The notes under the pieces: generated by a model
Databases searched by the model: none
What the model saw: the letters and a program-made list of their open reading frames with translations, nothing else
What the model was told of the DNA's origin: nothing
Origin: Opitutales bacterium
GTDB lineage: Bacteria; Verrucomicrobiota; Verrucomicrobiia; Opitutales; UBA953
Assembly: GCA_040398005.1 (NCBI GenBank)
Contig: JBBAUX010000004.1
Span: 1 to 28,156 of the forward strand
DNA length: 28,156 bases
Direction: 5' to 3'
Translations under genes and position numbers: made by a program
Part shown: positions 1 to 8,621 of the stretch, in pieces
Numbering within the stretch: position 1 is the stretch's first letter
How the letters are laid out: each line of letters begins with the position of its first letter

Positions 1-968
1 GGTGGTCCACCCATTTCACCGCTAGGTGGTCCGCCTTTTTTCTTCTTACTCGTTCCACCTGCCTGACCTCCGAGATTTGAATGCGGATCCATTTTTTGTT
101 TACTGAATGAAGCATCGGGCGTGCCTTTAAATTTACGTGGAATAAAAGGATACTCCTCGGTCATCACATAATAATAAGTACCCTTAGGAAATTCGGGGGT
201 GACGCCAGTGCGGCCACCAAACTCATCGAGGTCGCCCGACCCCGCTACGTAATCAAAGTCTAATCCGAAAGAACCATCAGGCTTTCCCGAAGGTGCATCC
301 GTTCCGCCAGGTCGATTCTCTTTCTTCAACTGATAGCTACTCTTTAAGGATTTGATGGGACTTTTTTCGTCATCCGCCTTAGTGTATCCATAAATAGCAT
401 ACACTGGATAACCATCCGCCGCCCAACCTACTTGCGTCATTTTCTTTTCTCCACCAGAGAGACGATTAAAGAGCAGGGAAGGAATACCGTGATAATGATA
501 AGCGCCATTGGGTTGAACGTGGGCATGGCTTTCATCTAGGCCCAAGCCGACTTTAATTTTAGGAGTCGTTCCCATCACAGTATTACTCATGAGTGCTTCG
601 TAGTGCCAAGGACTGCTGCGATCCCCGTCATTATAAACTTCAGCGGTACCTGGATCAAACACTACGCCGTTGAGAGCCACGCCCCAAGCCGAACCGCCGC
701 GACCTGACTGTCCGGTCGCTGGTTTGGGGTTCGCCGGAACTTCGAAACGATATTTCTGTTCGGAAATAGTGTTGGGATTTCCTTTCGCGGGATACTTGGC
801 GACTTTGTGGTCAGGAATTCCGTTCGACTCGATAACACGCTTATCACCTTTGACGGTGATGGTGACTTTATTTTGGCCCGGCGCTTCGGAGTCGGACTTA
901 ATTAAGGCTGGTCCCGTGACCGCTGCTGCAGCTGCTAGTAAAAGTACGGAGGTCGTAAGTATTTTCAT
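1..968 (-). CDS. YHYH domain secreted protein (3' end runs off the window)
   Basis: Translated by hand from the ATG at 968: MKILTTSVLLLAAAAAVTG (signal peptide), SNGIPDH, WGVALNGVVFDPGTAE, LGLDESHAHVQPNGAYHYHG, VGWAADGYPVY, GDLDEFGGRTGVTPEFPKGTYYYVMTEEYPFIPR. The frame is open to the window edge, so the ORF track omits it. Confidence 0.92.
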   Translation of the reverse strand, partial: MKILTTSVLLLAAAAAVTGPALIKSDSEAPGQNKVTITVKGDKRVIESNGIPDHKVAKYPAKGNPNTISEQKYRFEVPANPKPATGQSGRGGSAWGVALNGVVFDPGTAEVYNDGDRSSPWHYEALMSNTVMGTTPKIKVGLGLDESHAHVQPNGAYHYHGIPSLLFNRLSGGEKKMTQVGWAADGYPVYAIYGYTKADDEKSPIKSLKSSYQLKKENRPGGTDAPSGKPDGSFGLDFDYVAGSGDLDEFGGRTGVTPEFPKGTYYYVMTEEYPFIPRKFKGTPDASFSKQKMDPHSNLGGQAGGTSKKKKGGPPSGEMGGP

Positions 969-973
969 ACACT

Positions 974-1004
974 GATTAAAACCCTATAAAAGGGGAGAGG
1001 TTGC
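974..1004 (-). promoter_or_regulatory. Putative ECF-sigma-type promoter GCAAC-N17-GTTTTAATC
   Basis: Minus strand reads GCAAC CTCTCCCCTTTTATAGG GTTTTAATC AGTGT ATG. The same architecture occurs at 8523-8553. Confidence 0.55.
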
Positions 1005-1029
1005 GAGAATTTAATAGAATGTCCGAGGC

Positions 1030-1057
1030 TTGCTTTCCGATTTTGCCAACCTAGGTT
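1030..1057 (+). promoter_or_regulatory. Possible sigma70-like promoter (TTGCTT-N16-TAGGTT) for the DUF420 gene
   Basis: The hexamers end 6 nt before the ATG at 1064, which fits a leaderless or very short leader. The match to consensus is weak. Confidence 0.25.
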
Positions 1058-1063
1058 TAGGGT

Positions 1064-1546
1064 ATGGATACGACTATTTTGCTCTCACGCAGTGTGGCCG
1101 CGCTCAATGGCCTCGCCACGGTATTGTTAATTCTCGGCTACCTCGCCATCCGTCGCGGCGATCGCCAAGCCCACGGTAAGTTTATGGGGGTGGCTTTTCT
1201 GACCTCCGCGTTATTTTTAGCAGTCTACCTCTATTCTAAGTGGCATTTGTGGGCGGTCTTAGGTCGCACCAATATCACCTACCGTCCGGAGATTGTCGGG
1301 CTCACTTGGGACAAACTCATCTATTATATAATTTTAATCCCTCACATCATCTTAGCCATCGTGGTAACCCCGTTTATTATCCGCGCGGTCTTACTGGCAA
1401 GGGCTGGACGATTCGAAGAGCACAAGCGTCTCACCCGAGTAGTTTTTCCAGTTTGGCTTTATGTCTCGATCACGGGCGTAATCGTCTGGGCCTTCATGGA
1501 GCTTAGCGGGTCCCTCGCGGCTGCTACGTCCAAGTTGATTCCCTGA
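1064..1546 (+). CDS. DUF420 family inner-membrane protein
   Basis: Four hydrophobic helices with NG..LL..GY.AIR..H...M..AF..S.LFL..YL, Y..IL.PHI.LA and HKRL.R..FP.WLYVS.TGV, typical of DUF420/YozB. Confidence 0.9.
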   Translation: MDTTILLSRSVAALNGLATVLLILGYLAIRRGDRQAHGKFMGVAFLTSALFLAVYLYSKWHLWAVLGRTNITYRPEIVGLTWDKLIYYIILIPHIILAIVVTPFIIRAVLLARAGRFEEHKRLTRVVFPVWLYVSITGVIVWAFMELSGSLAAATSKLIP

Positions 1547-1598
1547 TTTTCGCCTCGCCCCGTCAGCGATAAAGAGTTTGATACTGCTCATAGATAAT

Positions 1599-1955
1599 AT
1601 GGACAGTTTCGATCAGCCTACCACCAATCCGCAGACGGAAAAATTCTTTGTTTGGGCGAGCGTACTTTTGTTTCTCGGTGTTTTAAGTTTCGTCTACTCC
1701 ACTTATCAAAGCGAAGAAAATCGTCTCAAGGCTTTGCAGGATAACGAAGATCAAAAACAAAAAACTCACAGTACGATTGAACGTCAGCGGCAACAAACCC
1801 AGAGCTACATCGAGCGCTATGATCGTGACCCAGAATTTGTCCGTGACCAAGCCCGTGAACGTCTCGGCGTGGCCACGGAAGGTGAGATTGTGATACGTTT
1901 AGACCCGAATAGCGCTCTGGCTAAGCCCGCTCAGCCCAATTCATCAAGTAAGTAG
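1599..1955 (+). CDS. FtsB/DivIC-like septum formation initiator family protein
   Basis: One N-terminal TM helix, a coiled coil, then DPEFVRDQARERLGVATEGEIVI, matching the E..AR..LG....GE motif. ATG at 1599 preferred over TTG at 1578. Confidence 0.8.
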   Translation: MDSFDQPTTNPQTEKFFVWASVLLFLGVLSFVYSTYQSEENRLKALQDNEDQKQKTHSTIERQRQQTQSYIERYDRDPEFVRDQARERLGVATEGEIVIRLDPNSALAKPAQPNSSSK

Positions 1956-2014
1956 TCAGCTAAGTAAGTGTCCTTGCTTGATTTGCCGATAGGGTCGGAC
2001 ATTGATAGTACATC

Positions 2015-3421
2015 ATGTCCGTAAGGAAAAAAAAGCAAGTGACCTGGGGAGGGCGGTTTAGCTCAGCCCCTGCCGAACTTATGTTAAATTTCGGTGAGTC
2101 GGTATCTTTTGACCATCGGCTCTGGGCCCAAGACATCCGGGGATCGAAGGCTCACGCCACGATGCTTTCCAAAGTCGGTATTTTAAAATCCTCCGAATGC
2201 GCAGCGATTATTAAAGGTCTCGATTCTATCGCGAAAGAAATTCAGTCCGGAAAATTTAAATGGAACAGAGATTTAGAAGACGTGCACATGAATATCGAAA
2301 GTGCACTAACCAAAAAAGTTCCTGCTGCTGCTAAACTTCACACCGCAAGGTCCAGAAACGATCAAGTCGCCACTGACGTGAGACTCTGGATTAAAGATCA
2401 ATGCGCCGTTCTCGATTTAGCCTTTGTTAAACTTCTCAAAACCTTACTGAAGTTGGCCGAAGAGAATGCCGATGTCATCATTCCTGGTTACACACACTTA
2501 CAAAGAGCTCAGCCGGTTTCCGTTGCTCATCATCTTCTCGCTTATGTTGAGATGTTTAATCGGGACAGAGCCCGGTTTCATCAAGCAGCCGACTCCGCTA
2601 ATTGGTGTCCACTCGGTTCAGGCGCCATCGCCGGTACCACACTTCCAATCAAGAGAGAGATCACTGCGAAGCTCTTAGGCTTTGTGGATGCACAAGGTAA
2701 GCCACGGATTACTAGAAACTCCATGGACGCTGTAGCGGATCGGGATGCTGCTACAGAATTCTGTTTCGCCGCTGCACTTTGTGGAGTTCATTTATCCAGA
2801 CTTGCGGAAGATGCGATTCTTTGGTCGAGCGCTGAATTCGGCTTCGCTACTTTACCCGACGCATTTTCAACGGGCTCATCGCTCATGCCACAAAAGCGGA
2901 ATCCTGACTCCATGGAATTACTCCGGGGTAAGTCCGCTCGGTTCCAGGCATCACTCGTTCATTTACTGACTCTCACCAAAGGTCTGCCACTGACGTACAA
3001 CAGAGACCTCCAAGACGATAAGCCGCCGTTGTTTGATACTGCTGACCAATTAACTTTATCGTTAGCCGTGGCTGATGCCGCCTTAGCAGGCACCCAGTTT
3101 AATAAAGCGAAATGCTTAGTCGCTGCTTCCGATCCTGCATTACTCGCGACTGACCTCGCTGACTGGTTAGTGAAGAAGGGGATGCCTTTCAGACACGCCC
3201 ACCACGCCGTCGGTCGGCTTGTCGCCCTCGCTGAGAAATTAAAGACTCCGTTGGATAAACTCAGCGATAAAGACGCACAATCTGCTGACAAAGCTTTCAC
3301 GAAGGGCTGGAACGAAGTCTTTAATTTAAAGAGAGCTTTTGCGGCGCGGGAGAATACCGGCATGCCCGGCCCCAAAGCCATCGCTCAACAAATTAAGAAT
3401 TGGAAGAAGTCTGTTCGTTAA
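2015..3421 (+). CDS. argH: Argininosuccinate lyase
   Basis: WGGRF N-terminus, [45 protein letters not shown] signature, YNRDLQDDK. Confidence 0.98.
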   Translation: MSVRKKKQVTWGGRFSSAPAELMLNFGESVSFDHRLWAQDIRGSKAHATMLSKVGILKSSECAAIIKGLDSIAKEIQSGKFKWNRDLEDVHMNIESALTKKVPAAAKLHTARSRNDQVATDVRLWIKDQCAVLDLAFVKLLKTLLKLAEENADVIIPGYTHLQRAQPVSVAHHLLAYVEMFNRDRARFHQAADSANWCPLGSGAIAGTTLPIKREITAKLLGFVDAQGKPRITRNSMDAVADRDAATEFCFAAALCGVHLSRLAEDAILWSSAEFGFATLPDAFSTGSSLMPQKRNPDSMELLRGKSARFQASLVHLLTLTKGLPLTYNRDLQDDKPPLFDTADQLTLSLAVADAALAGTQFNKAKCLVAASDPALLATDLADWLVKKGMPFRHAHHAVGRLVALAEKLKTPLDKLSDKDAQSADKAFTKGWNEVFNLKRAFAARENTGMPGPKAIAQQIKNWKKSVR

Positions 3422-4296
3422 GGCTCAAACTGCGGACTGCCTAATTCGTTGTCCGGTTTGAGCAGGTTCTTACTCGGATCGAATTCCAGATTCCGATCGT
3501 TGGGCTTAGCATTGAAATAATGGGACATGCCAACAATGCCTTCGCGATTAAGCGTGATGGGGCCTTGGATCTTTCCGTAGTGAGCTGAGGTGACTTTGCC
3601 GTCTTTGTCTAACTGCACCCGACTACGATAAAATATCCCGCGATAATTTTCCCAGTCAGCCCCATTAATCACTAGGGTTTTTGTATAATTACTTTCTGGG
3701 GCTTGATGGGGTAATTTAAGTTCGGAGTAGGAAATAATTTCGTCTGTAACATGGAATCCGGCCGATGTATCGATGGCTTCGAGTTCGAGATAAGTCTGCG
3801 CCAGAGATTCTTTGTCGCAGTGCAGTCGCATTTTTACATCCGCGAGGATTCCTTTGCCTTTCGGCTGCACCCAATCGCCTACTTTTAAATCATACTCATA
3901 CCATTGATCATTCTTAGGAAAAACTAAACTCTCGGTGGAATTCCCGGTGTGATGTCGGACATGTAATGCGACAGGATTAATTCTTTGGGGTAATTTGATT
4001 AACTGTTTTAAGTCCTGACTACCTGAGATGTCGTAGAGTCGCGCTTGATAGTGTCCCGATTTATTTACCTCGATATATAAACTCTCGAGCGTGTTGGCCG
4101 TAGTCTTGAAAACGCCATCCGCATTAGTCGCTCCCGTAACTACCTCAGCCTTTCCGGTTTCGGCTTTGTTAAATTGGACAACGCACTGTGCGGCGGGGAG
4201 GGGAATTCCCATTTGATCGGCGACCTGTAACTCCACGCGAATTTCTTTCGCCGCTAGCAAATTCAGTCCCAGTAAGAAGTAGGCGAGTGTTTTCAT
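3418..4296 (-). CDS. Exported hypothetical protein with an N-terminal carboxypeptidase-regulatory-like (prealbumin) beta-sandwich
   Basis: Signal peptide [22 protein letters not shown]...TNADGVF...KSGHY pattern; C-terminal YGKI.G and [13 protein letters not shown]. Its start overlaps the upstream stop (ATGA). Confidence 0.75.
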   Translation of the reverse strand: MKTLAYFLLGLNLLAAKEIRVELQVADQMGIPLPAAQCVVQFNKAETGKAEVVTGATNADGVFKTTANTLESLYIEVNKSGHYQARLYDISGSQDLKQLIKLPQRINPVALHVRHHTGNSTESLVFPKNDQWYEYDLKVGDWVQPKGKGILADVKMRLHCDKESLAQTYLELEAIDTSAGFHVTDEIISYSELKLPHQAPESNYTKTLVINGADWENYRGIFYRSRVQLDKDGKVTSAHYGKIQGPITLNREGIVGMSHYFNAKPNDRNLEFDPSKNLLKPDNELGSPQFEP

Positions 4297-7019
4297 TTTA
4301 GAAGACCTTGGCTGACCATCATTTGGAAGGTTGGATAAATAATCGGCAAGGCGACATTTTTAATATCACTGTGGAGCCAGCGTTGTTTTTGTGAAGGTTT
4401 TTCATGCCCCGCCGTCGGCCAGTGGGTGGTGCTTCTTCCCAGGAACTCTAAGTCATAGTTAAACTTAACTTGATCGTTTAAACTCATCACCCCCGTGGCA
4501 TAGGTCATGGCCGGTATTCCCCGAGCCAAGAGATCATAAATAACCTTAGGTTCTGATGCCTTTAAGGCCCCGGTATTTTTCTGACTACTTTGAATTTCCC
4601 GTTCCGAGAAATATTCAAAGAAGGGTCTGTTAATTAAACGTGAATTAGAAATCGTGCGTGCCTGGCTCGGGGTGTACTTAACTTTAGAGCCCTCGTTTGC
4701 GTCAGCCCACAACCACCAGTCATCGTTGAATGCCCAGCCAGCCTGCTGTCGATCCATGAAGACGCTGGCTACTGAATTGTACCATGAGAGACCTTTGACT
4801 AATTCTTGGTATTTCCAGGCATTGTCCGAGAAGTTAAATCCTTGGTTGAAGACTAATTTTATAATTGAGGCTTCCGCGACACTATTAGCTTTCGCGATAA
4901 CTTCATCACCTCCGGAGTAGAAGTTGGACACGACTTTCTGAGATTTATTAAACTGATTACGCCAAGTTAACTTTGAACGCGCATCCGTTGATGGAAATAA
5001 CTCGTTCCAATAACTGGCATAGAGATTATTATCATATTTTCTCCAATTTAATTCCGTCATATTTTGTCTCTGGGCTAGAGTGCTACAATTACTAGAATAC
5101 GCTTCAGCAGGTATCGCGGCGTTAATCGCCAGGTAGGATTGCACGCCTAGGTTGCCTCTTTGAATCGCATTTCCGACCACAGCGTTACCCAGGCTATGAC
5201 CAGCTAAGGTGATGGGTCCGTCGACGAAGCTGAGTAGTCTTTTAGCTAAAGCATCCCCCGTTTGAAAGGCACGGAAGACTGCTTCGTGGTAGTCGGGCGC
5301 AGTATCTCCACGCCAAGTCACCCCAATGAATCTGGCCTGACTGCCTGATACATAAAACCTCTTAAACATTTCATTATTCCATCCTCTAGCCTGTTGGGCG
5401 TTTACATGAAAGCCGTGAACAAACACGAAGTATTTTTTGCTATTCTGACTATCGGGCCAACCACTAGGAATTTCAATTTCCGTAGTCCGCCCATAATTCG
5501 CAGGATTGTCGTAAATCTTTTTGCCATCATAGGAGGTCACGCCGTCGCGTAAATTAACATGTCGATACATGCGCTCAACGTCGTCCAAGTGTAAGGGCAG
5601 TGATACCTCCAAACACTTTTTTCCGGCTTTTTCGATCTTAAAGACTAGCGGTGCCCGCGTTGCTTTGCGTCCTTCAACCATAATAACCACCTCACCATTA
5701 TTTAGTATCCTTAAGATTTGTGGCTCCGTTAATTCAATGGATGAATTGATGGGATGTACTTCGGCCTGCGACCACGGCTGATTAAAGGTGTCGCCATAAA
5801 TATCGGAATTCAGCTTTTGATTAAAACTTCCTGCGGTACTGGCATTGAGTCCCGTAAAAACGATATTCACCGCGCCGTCGGCCTGACTTAAAATATACCG
5901 CGTCTGTCCATCGGGCGGATACGCCTTAATGGCTTCAGAAAAATTCAGACTTACGGGAAAGAAGTCAATCAGGTCCCGTAGTGAATTAATTTTTTGATCA
6001 TTAAAATCAGCTTCACTTGAAAGGGTTGTACTCCAGTCGTTTCCACTGAACTCGGTATTATCGGTGTCATTATTAATCCAAAAATACACGGACCCCTTAC
6101 CGCGCGGACCTTCCCCGGCTGCGATTTTCCCGTCTCGATTTAAATCTACATTAAAACCGGCTCGCAGCAGATAAATATCGTCAATAAAGACGGGCGAAGT
6201 CTCTCCACTATTGGGTGAGATTGATAGCCATAAGTGTTGCCCTGTGTCCGTCGTATTAATTCTAAACTCAGTAGAAACATCTTCCCACTGTTCAACCTCG
6301 CTAGGTTGAAAGTTATTTATGTAAATAATTTTACCCATCGTCGTAGAAATTTTTACCTGATAATTTTTAGCCACGGGATTATTGGCCGGCTGCCTGTGTT
6401 TCCATTTTAAAATATAACTACCGCTCGGCGAATTTTTCAGTGGCTGCTTAATGCCATTTCCCACAGATAAAAATTGGTTATCCTCTAACTGCCACACTTG
6501 TACACTGGTGCCACGGTTTGGCTCCCATCCATTAAGTGAAGGTAAATCGGTCCATTGGGCGATCTGCTCTCCGAATTGGGCTTGGTTGGCCTGCTTCAAT
6601 TTAGCGGGTAACGTGATTTTACTATTAACCATCCAATTTTTTGCCGCCTTAAGTTTTCGAGAAAGTGCTGGAGGTGGAGTGGACCGATTGATTTGTAGAG
6701 TTCTTGCCACAGTGGATGGTGGGGTCGGTGTATTCTCCCGCTCATCAAAATCACCAATACCGTCGTCATCGCTGTCGGCCTTATTCGGATTGGTCCCAGC
6801 ATTAATTTCATCCGCCAAACTTAGGCCGTCAAAATCAACGTCACTAAACCCGTCTGTTTTATCTAGCGGATTTAACCCGAGGGAGATTTCAACCGCATCA
6901 CTAATGCGATCACCATCCTTATCTCGAAGGAGGTTTTCACTTAAGCTGGCTGCGGCTAGGTGAGGGTGATAAGTAAAAGACAGCGACAGGCAGAATAGCG
7001 CAAGGAATGTTTTTTTCAT
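4293..7019 (-). CDS. Large secreted protein: DxDxDG Ca-binding repeats, beta-sandwich region, C-terminal alpha/beta hydrolase (DUF900-like, lipase/esterase)
   Basis: Signal peptide; DKDGDRISD, DVDFDGLS and DSDDDGIGD repeats; VDLNRDGKI; FVFVHGF oxyanion strand; GHSLG nucleophile elbow (5187-5201); YSGGDEV and WLHSD as candidate catalytic Asp and His. Confidence 0.8.
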   Translation of the reverse strand: MKKTFLALFCLSLSFTYHPHLAAASLSENLLRDKDGDRISDAVEISLGLNPLDKTDGFSDVDFDGLSLADEINAGTNPNKADSDDDGIGDFDERENTPTPPSTVARTLQINRSTPPPALSRKLKAAKNWMVNSKITLPAKLKQANQAQFGEQIAQWTDLPSLNGWEPNRGTSVQVWQLEDNQFLSVGNGIKQPLKNSPSGSYILKWKHRQPANNPVAKNYQVKISTTMGKIIYINNFQPSEVEQWEDVSTEFRINTTDTGQHLWLSISPNSGETSPVFIDDIYLLRAGFNVDLNRDGKIAAGEGPRGKGSVYFWINNDTDNTEFSGNDWSTTLSSEADFNDQKINSLRDLIDFFPVSLNFSEAIKAYPPDGQTRYILSQADGAVNIVFTGLNASTAGSFNQKLNSDIYGDTFNQPWSQAEVHPINSSIELTEPQILRILNNGEVVIMVEGRKATRAPLVFKIEKAGKKCLEVSLPLHLDDVERMYRHVNLRDGVTSYDGKKIYDNPANYGRTTEIEIPSGWPDSQNSKKYFVFVHGFHVNAQQARGWNNEMFKRFYVSGSQARFIGVTWRGDTAPDYHEAVFRAFQTGDALAKRLLSFVDGPITLAGHSLGNAVVGNAIQRGNLGVQSYLAINAAIPAEAYSSNCSTLAQRQNMTELNWRKYDNNLYASYWNELFPSTDARSKLTWRNQFNKSQKVVSNFYSGGDEVIAKANSVAEASIIKLVFNQGFNFSDNAWKYQELVKGLSWYNSVASVFMDRQQAGWAFNDDWWLWADANEGSKVKYTPSQARTISNSRLINRPFFEYFSEREIQSSQKNTGALKASEPKVIYDLLARGIPAMTYATGVMSLNDQVKFNYDLEFLGRSTTHWPTAGHEKPSQKQRWLHSDIKNVALPIIYPTFQMMVSQGLLK

Positions 7020-7046
7020 TCCTCACAGGTTATTTAAATTAGCGCT

Positions 7047-7080
7047 AAAACAATAACAGGACGATGGGCTTCATCGCCTG
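7047..7080 (-). terminator. Intrinsic terminator downstream of the GH79 gene
   Basis: Minus strand CAGGCGATG-AAGCC-CATCG(T)CCTG hairpin followed by TTATTGTTTT, 28 nt after the GH79 stop. Confidence 0.65.
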
Positions 7081-7108
7081 GATACTTTACTAGGTCCGAC
7101 CTTAGTAT

Positions 7109-8518
7109 TTAATTTAACTCAAGCGTCAGGACGGCGGCGCTGCAGGCGGGGAGGGTGATTTCAAATCGTCCAGCACTGCCTTTGATTTCTTCACGCTTCT
7201 CAAGTTTCCAAGTGCCATCCTTGTTAACGGTGCCTTCGCCGTAACTGACTGCCATTTGTTCCGTGGGTGAACTTGAGCTGAGGCGTGTGATGGTTCCGCG
7301 GGTGCGCTTAGAATCAGTTAACACAACAGCTTTAGTTTCTTTAACTAGTTCTTTATTAATCACGACCACGCGAAGTTTTCCGTCGGTGCCCAGAGTAGCG
7401 TGGCTGACCACGTTACCGGTCGATTTGGTATCGGATTCGATTAACTTTCCGTGTCCCGAATCTTTAAATAAGAGTAGCGAGTAGTAGACGGGACGCACTG
7501 CGTAGATTTTTTTCTCTTTGTCGAAGCTGATCGCTGTATAGCCATTGAGCCCAAAAATAGTATGAAGATTAACCCCGGTGGCACCGCTTTTGGCGATATC
7601 GAATAGGAAGTCAGAACCCCAGACTGCAGCCGCAAATACATCACTCACGCCATTGGTTCCACCCATGGATGCTGAATTGCACTCGGCTAAGCGCCAAGGG
7701 ACACCTGCTTTTTTGGCTACCGCAAAATGTTTATCTGCCATCGCAACCGTTTTCTTCTTCGAGCCGTCGCTGAGCAGGCTTTCACAGGTGGGCGGAGGTG
7801 TGCTAATCGCTGAAGTGGGGTAGAAGTGCGAGGTGGATAAGAATAACTTATTTTTGAAATCGCTCACGCAGGGTTCAAAAAACTTAAAGCCACCACTGGT
7901 GGTTGCTGGCCCGATTAAATTAACGCCAGGATTTTGTTTTAGGATAACGGACTGCGCTTTTTCTAATTCCGATTTGTACTGTGGGTAAGCGTAGCCTTTT
8001 TCACGTAACTTTTTAGTATCCTTGTCGTAGTGATCGGGCTCATTGCCAATTTCGAAGCCCATGATGGATTTTCCGCCAATTTTAACTGCGTAATTAATTT
8101 CATCAGAGAAAATTTCAGGCGTATTGCTTGAAAGATTAACGGCGTGAATTACCTTCCAGTCGATACTTTTAATAAAAGCATAAAACTTATCCATGTCGCT
8201 GGTGGTCGCGACGAAAATTCCTTTAGCAGGTTTTTCTTTTGGAGTTTCGCGTGACCATTGCGTGAGTTCTACCTTGTTACCGCCAAATCGTAAAACGCCT
8301 GAACCAAGATTTTTGTGGAGATTAACTAAAACCAGATTATCCGGACGAAAGTGATTTTCGGTGACGGCAGATTTTTCATAACTTAGCCCGATGAAATTAG
8401 CCGGAATAGTCCCGATTGTTTTCTCACTTAATACCGAAACGGTCGTCATCGTCGCATCAGCTGCCCAAGCAGTTATGCTGGATAGAGTGAGAGCAAGAAG
8501 GGCCGAAGAGAGTTTCAT
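7109..8518 (-). CDS. Glycoside hydrolase family 79 (beta-glucuronidase/heparanase-like), secreted
   Basis: Signal peptide; FIGLSYE, LRFGGN, FEIGNEPD (acid/base Glu), SHFYP, LAECNSASMGG (nucleophile Glu), GVSDVFAAAVWGSD, RPVYY; C-terminal beta domain. Confidence 0.9.
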   Translation of the reverse strand: MKLSSALLALTLSSITAWAADATMTTVSVLSEKTIGTIPANFIGLSYEKSAVTENHFRPDNLVLVNLHKNLGSGVLRFGGNKVELTQWSRETPKEKPAKGIFVATTSDMDKFYAFIKSIDWKVIHAVNLSSNTPEIFSDEINYAVKIGGKSIMGFEIGNEPDHYDKDTKKLREKGYAYPQYKSELEKAQSVILKQNPGVNLIGPATTSGGFKFFEPCVSDFKNKLFLSTSHFYPTSAISTPPPTCESLLSDGSKKKTVAMADKHFAVAKKAGVPWRLAECNSASMGGTNGVSDVFAAAVWGSDFLFDIAKSGATGVNLHTIFGLNGYTAISFDKEKKIYAVRPVYYSLLLFKDSGHGKLIESDTKSTGNVVSHATLGTDGKLRVVVINKELVKETKAVVLTDSKRTRGTITRLSSSSPTEQMAVSYGEGTVNKDGTWKLEKREEIKGSAGRFEITLPACSAAVLTLELN

Positions 8519-8522
8519 CTTA

Positions 8523-8553
8523 GATTAAGACCTCAAACTAGGCCATAAGTTGC
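8523..8553 (-). promoter_or_regulatory. Putative ECF-sigma-type promoter GCAAC-N17-GTCTTAATC
   Basis: Minus strand reads GCAAC TTATGGCCTAGTTTGAG GTCTTAATC TAAG ATG, matching 974-1004. Confidence 0.55.
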
Positions 8554-8621
8554 AGAGGGACAGGAAATAATTGCAGATTAAATTGCTAATGAAGGATAAA
8601 ATTCGAGATTAGAACTAATTT

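Noticed and set aside
1..32. Direct repeat GGTGGTCC at 1-8 and 25-32
   Set aside because: Explained by two GPP peptide repeats in the YHYH tail; not a CRISPR or terminal repeat.
662..975. ORF-track ORFs 662..847(-) and 670..975(+)
   Set aside because: Shadow frames of the YHYH gene, which has clear family motifs.
1946..1969. AAGTAAGT direct repeat upstream of argH as a possible ArgR-type site
   Set aside because: One copy lies within the upstream coding end, it does not resemble an ARG box, and it is short and AT-rich.
6760..6930. DxDxDG repeats as evidence of a binary-toxin or RTX protein
   Set aside because: No GGxGxD RTX nonapeptides or pore-forming domain; these repeats are generic Ca-binding motifs.
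6451..6963. 170-aa plus-strand ORF and the many other antisense ORFs inside argH, metH, the bio genes, the rnh genes, ppk2, tlpA and acs
   Set aside because: All lie within well-supported genes, have no motifs, and show the Ser/Pro/Phe-rich composition typical of antisense frames.
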